NCBI GenBank assembly: GCA_903958395.1 | Contig: CAJBSZ010000384.1 | Span: 3,156-67,155 of the forward strand | Direction of reading: 5' to 3' | DNA from: an uncultured bacterium | GTDB taxonomy: Bacteria > Verrucomicrobiota > Kiritimatiellia > CAIKKV01 > CAITUY01 | DNA: 64,000 bases | Shown: piece after piece, positions 57,523 to 64,000 of the stretch | Position numbering within the stretch: position 1 is the stretch's first letter | How the letters are laid out: each line of letters starts with the position of its first letter | Translations under genes and position numbers: made by a program | Notes under the pieces: model-generated | The model's database searches: none | Seen by the model: only the letters and a program-made list of their open reading frames with translations | What the model was told of the DNA's origin: nothing

Positions 57523-59282
57523 CCATAGATGGGACTTCAGTGGAGGTTCCCGAGGGGACCTCGATTCTCAATGCGGCAAAATTGGTTGGGGTCAGGATTC
57601 CGACGTTATGTCACATGGAGGACATTCATGCCATCGGGGCCTGCCGCGTTTGCGTGGTGGAAGTGGAGGGGGCCAAAACCCTCGCCGCCTCTTGTGTCAT
57701 GCCGGTGTTCGACGGAATGAAAATCTCGACCCACACCAAACGGGTTCGTGAGGCGCGGCGGACGGTGGTGGAGTTATTGTTGTCCGAGCATAATGGCGAT
57801 TGCCAGGTGTGTGACCGCAATAACGACTGTGAACTTCAGGCTCTGGCCCATGAACTCGACATCAAGTCGATCCGGTTCGAAGGCGTCAAAACCGCAGCGG
57901 GTTTGGATACGAGCACGCCGGGTGTGGTTCGTGACAACGGCAAGTGCATCAAATGCCGGCGGTGTGTGGCGGTATGCGGGCAGATCCAGTCGGTGGGGGC
58001 ACTTTTCCCGCAGTTCCGTGGCTTTAAAACCGTGATCGGTCCCGCGTTCGGCGCGGATCTCGAGACGGTGGCCTGTGTCCAGTGCGGACAATGCGCGGCG
58101 GTGTGCCCCGTGGGGGCCATTTCCGAAAAAAGCCATATCTCGGAGGTGTGGAAGGCGCTGGACGACAAATCCAAGACCGTGGTGGTTCAGGTGGCACCGG
58201 CGGTGCGCGCTTCATTGGGTGAATGTTTCGGGATGGAACCCGGTACCCTGGTGACGGGCAAAATGGTGGCGGCCTTGCGGCGGCTCGGTTTTTCAGCGGT
58301 GTTCGACACCAATTTCACCGCCGATCTGACCATCATCGAGGAAGGACACGAGCTGTTGCATCGCCTGACGCTGGCGGTCAAGGATAAGAAGCCCGTGGCC
58401 CTGCCTCAGTTCACCAGTTGTTCGCCCGGCTGGATCCGCTACATGGAGTATTTCTATCCCGAAATGCTGCCGTACCTTTCCTCCTGCAAATCGCCCCAGC
58501 AGATGTTTGGCGCGCTGGCGAAGACCTATTGGGCCGGGAAAGTCGGAAAGAAGGCGGAGGACATCGTTGTGGTTTCCGTGATGCCGTGCCATGCCAAGAA
58601 ATCCGAATCCGAGCGGCCGGAGATGAATGACAGCGGTGTGCGGGATGTGGATGTGGCACTGACCACCCGTGAGTTGGGCCGGATGATCAAGGAGGCGGGA
58701 ATCGACTTCACTATGCTTCCGGAAGAGGGAATGGATTCCCTCATGGGAGCCTCAACCGGTGCGGCGGATATTTTCGCCAATAGCGGCGGGGTGATGGAAG
58801 CGGCGCTTCGGACCGTGTGGGAAGTGGTTACCGGACGGGAGTTGCCGTTCCTAAATCTCCATGTGCCGCCCCTGATGGGATTGAGCGGGATCAAACAAGC
58901 GGAAGCGACACTCACCGGTACGCTTCCGGCGTGGTCCTTCCTGGAGGGAGTCACCGTCAAGGTGGCGGTGGCGTCCAGCCTCAGCAATGCCAAGGTGCTG
59001 GTGGACAAGATCAAGACGGGCGAAGTGTCGTATCACTTCGTGGAAATCATGACGTGCCCCGGCGGCTGCATCGGCGGGGGCGGCCAGCCTCGCAAGACGA
59101 CCAACGAAATCCGGCAGAAGCGAATCAACGCCATCTACCGGGAGGATGAGGGGAAGAAACTCCGGAAATCGCACGAGAACCCGGAGGTTCTTAAGATCTA
59201 CGCGGAGTTTCTGGGTGAACCCCTCGGCAAAGTCTCCCATCACCTCCTTCATACGGAATATGGTGCCCGGCAACGGGTCTAA
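57510..59282 (+). CDS. hydA: [FeFe]-hydrogenase catalytic subunit (M3-type, group A bifurcating-like) with atypical L1 motif
   Basis: N-terminal 2Fe-2S plus 2x CxxCxxCxxxCP; H-cluster motifs L2 VMPCHAKKSE and L3 EIMTCPGGCIGGGGQP present; L1 is FTSCSPGW (Ser codon TCG at 58422-58424). Confidence 0.9.
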   Translation: MPKVTIDGTSVEVPEGTSILNAAKLVGVRIPTLCHMEDIHAIGACRVCVVEVEGAKTLAASCVMPVFDGMKISTHTKRVREARRTVVELLLSEHNGDCQVCDRNNDCELQALAHELDIKSIRFEGVKTAAGLDTSTPGVVRDNGKCIKCRRCVAVCGQIQSVGALFPQFRGFKTVIGPAFGADLETVACVQCGQCAAVCPVGAISEKSHISEVWKALDDKSKTVVVQVAPAVRASLGECFGMEPGTLVTGKMVAALRRLGFSAVFDTNFTADLTIIEEGHELLHRLTLAVKDKKPVALPQFTSCSPGWIRYMEYFYPEMLPYLSSCKSPQQMFGALAKTYWAGKVGKKAEDIVVVSVMPCHAKKSESERPEMNDSGVRDVDVALTTRELGRMIKEAGIDFTMLPEEGMDSLMGASTGAADIFANSGGVMEAALRTVWEVVTGRELPFLNLHVPPLMGLSGIKQAEATLTGTLPAWSFLEGVTVKVAVASSLSNAKVLVDKIKTGEVSYHFVEIMTCPGGCIGGGGQPRKTTNEIRQKRINAIYREDEGKKLRKSHENPEVLKIYAEFLGEPLGKVSHHLLHTEYGARQRV

Positions 59283-59296
59283 TCCCATGAGGGTGG

Positions 59297-59337
59297 GGAC
59301 GGCTCTCCGAGCCGTCCGGGGCGGCCTCGGAGAGGCC
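59297..59337 (+). terminator. two GC-rich hairpins after hydA (terminator-like; weak T-tract)
   Basis: GGACGGCTC-tcc-GAGCCGTCC (9 bp) and GGCCTC-gga-GAGGCC (6 bp); no strong U-run follows. Confidence 0.35.
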
Positions 59338-59398
59338 TCCCTGCCCTGAAGGAGGAATCAAAGTCGGATAATTCTCTACATCAGAATTTTGTCTAAAA

Positions 59399-59414
59399 TG
59401 TTAAAACTTTAACG
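59399..59414 (+). promoter_or_regulatory. candidate Rex operator upstream of rex (autoregulation)
   Basis: TGTTAAaactTTAACG, a 6-4-6 inverted repeat with one mismatch to the palindrome, 64 nt upstream of the rex ATG. Confidence 0.5.
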
Positions 59415-59477
59415 TTAAACATTTGACAGAGCTTGGGGCGATGGTGTAAACGTCTTTCCTTTCAAAAAAGGCCCCTT

Positions 59478-60125
59478 ATGAACACTGAAGACATGACCCG
59501 CTTAAAAATTCCGGTGGCGGTGGTTCGGCGGATGCCGAAATACCTGACCCAGGCCCAATACTTGCGTCAGGAAGGGGTGCAGTGGGTATCGTCGTTGTCC
59601 CTGGCCGAGGCGTTGGGCCTGACAAGTTCCACCGTGCGGCAGGATCTTTCACACATTGATTTTCAAGGGGTTTCCAAGCGCGGGTATTCAACCGTGGGCC
59701 TTGAGGCTGCTCTCGCCCGGACCCTCGGGGTTGACCATGACATCACCTGCATCCTGGTCGGTGCCGGAAACCTGGGCCGGGCCCTTGCCCTGCATGAGGG
59801 ATTCGGGCGGCAGGGCTTCAAGATTGTTGGCGTGTTTGACAGTTCTCCCGCCGTTGTGGGGAAAAAGGTCGGGCATTTTATTGTCCGGCCCATGGCGGAT
59901 CTGGTCGCCGTGGTGGCGCAGCAGAAAGTGGAGATCGGCATCCTGTCCGTTCCGCACGAGGCGGCACAGGCCGTGGCCGACCAGTTGATTTTGTCGCGAG
60001 TGCGCGGGTTGTTGAACCTGACCACCGCGCATCTCCGGACGCCGGCGGCGGTACCGGTGGTGGATACCCGCGTTTTGTCGAGTTTAAGGGAATTGGCCTA
60101 TTCGGTGAGGAGCCGGCAGGTATAG
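59478..60125 (+). CDS. rex: redox-sensing transcriptional repressor Rex
   Basis: N-terminal winged helix (RRMPKYL...LGLTSSTVRQDLSHI) and C-terminal Rossmann NADH-binding domain (ILVGAGNLGRAL). Confidence 0.85.
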   Translation: MNTEDMTRLKIPVAVVRRMPKYLTQAQYLRQEGVQWVSSLSLAEALGLTSSTVRQDLSHIDFQGVSKRGYSTVGLEAALARTLGVDHDITCILVGAGNLGRALALHEGFGRQGFKIVGVFDSSPAVVGKKVGHFIVRPMADLVAVVAQQKVEIGILSVPHEAAQAVADQLILSRVRGLLNLTTAHLRTPAAVPVVDTRVLSSLRELAYSVRSRQV

Positions 60126-60175
60126 GATTGAAAAGGGGTTCAGGGTTCGGGGTTGTAGTGCTTTAGAAAGGAATC

Positions 60176-62095
60176 ATGATGAGTAATCCAATGGAGCAGT
60201 TGCTTGAACGGCGCGAAAATGCCGAAAAACGACTTCGCCGGGAGAAATTTAACGCCAAGGTTCGTATCACGGTGGGATCCGCCACCTGTGAGAATGCGGC
60301 CGGGGCGCCTGACGTTTTCAAGAAGATTGAGGAATTGATCAGGAAGCACGGCTTGAAGGATGTTACCCTGAGCCGCGTGGGTTGTACCGGCCGGTGCGAC
60401 ATGGAGCCGGTGGTGACGGTGTTCAGCCAGCGAACCACTCCTGTGAAATACATCGCCATGACGCCCGACAAGGTGGAGAAGGTGTTCGACTCGCATGTCC
60501 TGAAGGCGATTCCGCTCAAGGCTCTGGCGATGCCCGTCGGGGTCGTTCAGGATACGGATTTCACCGAGGAGAAGCTCTGGGCGGATGCGAGACTCACGGA
60601 CCGGTTTTCGTCCGTTTTCGGTGATGTTCACTTTTTTGGCAAGCAGATGCGCATGACGCTGCGCAACTGCGGCGTGATTGACCCCGAGGACATGGATGAA
60701 TATCTCATGGTTCGCGGCTACCAGGCGGCGGTGAAGGTCCTCACCGAGATGACGCCCAATGATGTGGTCAATACCGTCATTAAGTCGGGCCTGCGTGGTC
60801 GCGGCGGCGGCGGGTTTTCAACGGGGGTTAAATGGAATTTCGCCCTCGCCCAGAAGAACGAGGAGAAGTACATCGTCTGCAATGCAGACGAGGGGGATCC
60901 CGGTGCGTTCATGGATCGCAGCACCATCGAGGGTGATCCCCACACCGTGATTGAGGGCATGATCATCGGAGGCTATGCGATTGGCGCCCGGGTGGGTTAT
61001 GTGTACATTCGGGCCGAGTATCCCCTCGCCATCAAGCGGCTGGAGCTCGCTATTGCGGCGGCCCGCCAGGCGGGGTTCCTCGGAACCGGAATTTTTGGAA
61101 CGAACTGGGATTTTGACATCGAGATCCGGCTCGGCGCAGGCGCATTTGTGTGCGGCGAGGAAACCGCCCTGATCCGGTCGATCGAAGGGGAACGCGGCAT
61201 GCCGCGGCCCCGTCCGCCGTATCCCGCCGCGTCGGGGTTGTGGGGCAAGCCCACGGTGATCAACAATGTTGAAACCTTTGCCAACATCCCCGTGGTGATT
61301 CTGGATGGGCCCGAATGGTTTTCGTCCATCGGTACGGCCAAGAGCAAGGGAACCAAGGTCTTCGCCCTGGCCGGAAAAGTCTGCAACACAGGCCTGGTTG
61401 AAGTGCCCATGGGCACAACGCTGCGGGATGTGGTGTACGGAGTCGGCGGCGGCATTCGCGACGGAAAGAAATTCAAGGCGGTCCAGACGGGCGGCCCCGC
61501 GGGCGGCTGCCTGCCCGAATCGTACCTCGACACCCCGGTGGACTATGAGTCGTTGACGGCGGCCGGCTCGATGATGGGCAGCGGTGGCATGATCGTGATC
61601 GACGAGGATTCCTGCATGGTGGACGTGGCCCGGTTCTTCCTGGATTTCACCCAGGACGAGTCCTGCGGAAAATGTACCCCGTGCCGGGAGGGGACCAAGC
61701 GCATGCTGGAAATCCTGCAGCGCATCACCTCGGGGCGTGGGGTTGAAGGCGATATCGAGAAGTTGCTGCGTCTGGGCGACACGATCAAGCGAACGTCGTT
61801 GTGCGGCCTGGGTCAGGCATCGCCGAATCCGGTGATCAGCACGATCAAGCATTTCCGTGACGAATATGAGGCGCATATCCGCGAGAAGCGGTGCCCGGCG
61901 GGTGTCTGCGCGGGGCTCCTCACCTTTTCGATCATTGCGGAGAAGTGCATCGGGTGCGGGGCCTGCAAGCGCAAGTGTCCCGTTCCCTGTATCGCGGGGA
62001 AGCCGAAGGAAGTTCATGAAATTGATCAGGCCCGCTGTATCAAGTGCGGGCAGTGTTTTGAGGCATGCAAGTTTGACGCAGTGAAGAGGAGCTAG
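60176..62095 (+). CDS. hydB: bifurcating [FeFe]-hydrogenase NuoF-like subunit HydB (2Fe-2S Trx-like + FMN/NADH core + C-terminal 2x[4Fe-4S])
   Basis: GLRGRGGGGFSTGVKW FMN motif, ESCGKCTPCREG, C-terminal CIGCGACKRKCP and CIKCGQCFEAC ferredoxin motifs. Confidence 0.9.
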   Translation: MMSNPMEQLLERRENAEKRLRREKFNAKVRITVGSATCENAAGAPDVFKKIEELIRKHGLKDVTLSRVGCTGRCDMEPVVTVFSQRTTPVKYIAMTPDKVEKVFDSHVLKAIPLKALAMPVGVVQDTDFTEEKLWADARLTDRFSSVFGDVHFFGKQMRMTLRNCGVIDPEDMDEYLMVRGYQAAVKVLTEMTPNDVVNTVIKSGLRGRGGGGFSTGVKWNFALAQKNEEKYIVCNADEGDPGAFMDRSTIEGDPHTVIEGMIIGGYAIGARVGYVYIRAEYPLAIKRLELAIAAARQAGFLGTGIFGTNWDFDIEIRLGAGAFVCGEETALIRSIEGERGMPRPRPPYPAASGLWGKPTVINNVETFANIPVVILDGPEWFSSIGTAKSKGTKVFALAGKVCNTGLVEVPMGTTLRDVVYGVGGGIRDGKKFKAVQTGGPAGGCLPESYLDTPVDYESLTAAGSMMGSGGMIVIDEDSCMVDVARFFLDFTQDESCGKCTPCREGTKRMLEILQRITSGRGVEGDIEKLLRLGDTIKRTSLCGLGQASPNPVISTIKHFRDEYEAHIREKRCPAGVCAGLLTFSIIAEKCIGCGACKRKCPVPCIAGKPKEVHEIDQARCIKCGQCFEACKFDAVKRS

Positions 62096-62097
62096 TC

Positions 62098-63858
62098 ATG
62101 ACAACAGAAAAAAAAGTAACGCTGTGGATTGACGGCGTCAAGGTGACGGTGCCTGAAAAGACCACCATTCTCCAGGCGGCCGACTCAATCAATATCAATG
62201 TTCCCAGCCTGTGCTATCACCCCGACCTGAGCGTGATTGGCGCCTGCCGGGTTTGCGTGGTGGAGGTCGACGGGCAACGCAATCCGGTGGCTTCCTGCTC
62301 GTATCCGGTGGCCGAGGGAATGAAGGTCAAGACCTCCTCGCCCCTGCTGCGGCGCCTCCGTCGTGATGTCGTTGAGCTGATCCTGGACAATCATCCCCAG
62401 GATTGCCAGTCGTGCGTGCGGAACGGAACCTGCGAGTTGCAGAAGCTGGCCTACGATCTGGGGGTCCGGGAACGCCTGTTCGAGGGCGAACGCAAGCGCT
62501 TTCCCGTGGACACTTCGTCCCCGGTGCACCGCAATCCCGAGAAGTGCATCTTGTGCGGCCGCTGTGTGCGGGTTTGTGATGAGGTGCAGGGCGTTCATAA
62601 TCTGAGCGTCCAGCACCGCGGTTTCCATAATGTCGTGGCTCCGGCGCATGACTGCAAGATGATTGATTCCGTTTGTATTCATTGCGGGCAGTGCGTCAAC
62701 GTCTGCCCCACAGCCGCCTTCACGGAGCAGGATGCCACGGAGTCGGTGTTCGAGGCCTTGTCGAACCCGGATCTTCATGTCGTGGTTCACACCGCGCCGG
62801 CGATCCGGGCTACGATCGGCGAGGGGTTCGGGTTCCGGCCGGGCACGCCGGTGACTGGAAAGCTGGTCACGGCACTGCGTATGGCCGGCTTTCACAAGGT
62901 GTTCGACACGAATTTCGGAGCCGACCTCACGATCATCGAGGAGTCCACGGAGTTTCTGAGCCGGGTCCAGAAAAAAGAACGGCTCCCGTTGATCACATCC
63001 TGTTCGCCCGGGTGGGTGAATTTCATGGAGCGCTTTTATCCGGAGCTGATTCCCCTGACCTCTACCTGCAAGTCGCCGATGAGCATGCTATCGACGCTTC
63101 TGAAAACCTACTACGCCCAGCAGATGGGAGTGGATCCCGAGAAAATCTTTGTGGTGGCGGTGATGCCCTGTACGGCCAAGAAGTTCGAGGCGAAACGCTC
63201 CGAGCACATGGCGCCGTGGGGCAAACCCTATACGGATGCGGTGCTGACCACCCGGGAACTGGTCTGGATGCTGAAGTGTCTCGGTGTGGATTTTCATAAT
63301 CTTGAGGACAGTGCCTTTGACTCCCCGCTCGGAGTCTCCTCGGGTGCGGCGGATATCTTCGGCGCGACAGGCGGCGTCATGGAGGCGGCTTTGCGTACGG
63401 CCTACGAGAAGATTACCGGGCAGGAGCTGGAAGCCCTTGATTTCGAGACGGTTCGCGGGGTGGAGGGCGTCAAGGAGACGTCGATCCAGATCAATGGCCT
63501 GACCATCAATATCGGCGTGGCCAATGGTCTCCAGAACGCCAAGAACCTGCTGGACCGCGTCGCCAGCGGCGAGAAGCAATACCACATCATCGAGATTATG
63601 GCGTGTCCGGGCGGTTGCGTGGCCGGTGGCGGGCAACCCTATCCGCCCCGCGGTATGCATGTGCTGGACCCGGAGTTGGGTCGATTGCGGGCCAAGGCGC
63701 TCTACTCGATTGACGGCAGCAAGTCGCTGCGGAAATCGCATGAGAATCCCGCCATCGAACTGTTGTATGAGAATTTCCTGGGCGCGCCGAACAGTCATCT
63801 GTGCCATGAGTTGCTGCATACCCATTATGAACCCAAGACCCCGCGAGGTGTGAAATGA
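62098..63858 (+). CDS. hydA: [FeFe]-hydrogenase catalytic subunit, second paralog, same atypical L1
   Basis: Same architecture as the first hydA; L1 ITSCSPGW (Ser TCG at 63004-63006), L2 VMPCTAKKFE, L3 EIMACPGGCVAGGGQP. Confidence 0.9.
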   Translation: MTTEKKVTLWIDGVKVTVPEKTTILQAADSININVPSLCYHPDLSVIGACRVCVVEVDGQRNPVASCSYPVAEGMKVKTSSPLLRRLRRDVVELILDNHPQDCQSCVRNGTCELQKLAYDLGVRERLFEGERKRFPVDTSSPVHRNPEKCILCGRCVRVCDEVQGVHNLSVQHRGFHNVVAPAHDCKMIDSVCIHCGQCVNVCPTAAFTEQDATESVFEALSNPDLHVVVHTAPAIRATIGEGFGFRPGTPVTGKLVTALRMAGFHKVFDTNFGADLTIIEESTEFLSRVQKKERLPLITSCSPGWVNFMERFYPELIPLTSTCKSPMSMLSTLLKTYYAQQMGVDPEKIFVVAVMPCTAKKFEAKRSEHMAPWGKPYTDAVLTTRELVWMLKCLGVDFHNLEDSAFDSPLGVSSGAADIFGATGGVMEAALRTAYEKITGQELEALDFETVRGVEGVKETSIQINGLTINIGVANGLQNAKNLLDRVASGEKQYHIIEIMACPGGCVAGGGQPYPPRGMHVLDPELGRLRAKALYSIDGSKSLRKSHENPAIELLYENFLGAPNSHLCHELLHTHYEPKTPRGVK

Positions 63859-64000
63859 AGAACGAACTGCTTCAAAAGGAAATAGACAAGGCGATGGCTC
63901 TCCTGCCCGAGCCGGTGGTGCGCTACATTCAGGACTGTGCGAAGAAAAAAAACCCGAACAGCCATCTGATTTCGGTGCTTCACAAGGTTCAGGAACACTT
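63855..64000 (+). CDS. hydC: NuoE-like subunit HydC, 5' fragment (runs off window end)
   Basis: ATGA overlap with the hydA stop; translation MKNELLQKEIDKAMALLPEPVVRYIQDCAKKKNPNSHLISVLHKVQEH matches the NuoE N-terminus. Confidence 0.7.
   Translation, partial: MKNELLQKEIDKAMALLPEPVVRYIQDCAKKKNPNSHLISVLHKVQEH

Noticed and set aside
60818-62017. 399-aa minus-strand ORF
   Set aside because: Antisense to hydB.
1-64000. CRISPR arrays, transposases or integrases, prophage genes, restriction-modification or toxin-antitoxin pairs
   Set aside because: Scanned for direct-repeat/spacer periodicity and for IS, integrase or recombinase-like ORFs. None were found.

Overview
High-GC (~60%) bacterial chromosomal window, densely coding, with no mobile elements, CRISPR arrays or rRNA. 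The content is mostly housekeeping and anaerobic energy-metabolism genes. Phylum could not be established from sequence alone. In order: a DUF2723/TPR membrane protein, a glycine-rich RRM protein, rRNA methyltransferases (RsmC-like, RlmB), an NfnAB-like pair, DUF502, LemA, rpsA, tyrS, a URO-D-family protein and a convergent AraC regulator. Then uvrA, a TPR protein with ExbB-ExbD-TonB, hisD-hisC-hisB-hisA, an SDR, pcnB, an ilvB-ilvN-leuA-aroE operon on the minus strand with a candidate leader-peptide attenuator, a CBS-pyrophosphatase, opgG-(hypothetical)-opgH, tRNA-Pro(UGG), a MIF-like tautomerase, an aldose epimerase, a TatD-like hydrolase, a lone ABC permease, a porin and a metallophosphoesterase. 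After that come a sCache_2-PAS-nucleotidyltransferase (DUF294) sensor divergent from DUF485-actP, nhaD, PSP1/RicT and a PfkB kinase. The most striking region is the last ~10 kb: two [FeFe]-hydrogenase operons flank a rex gene. One is a canonical hydB-hydA-hydC bifurcating type. The other has its NuoF-like subunit fused in-frame to a GltD/NfnB-like NADPH-oxidoreductase module (hydC - nuoF::gltD - hydA). Candidate Rex operators lie upstream of the first operon and of rex itself. Both HydA paralogs carry TSCSPGW in place of the canonical H-cluster motif TSCCPxW. Several long antisense ORFs opposite these genes are GC-driven artefacts.
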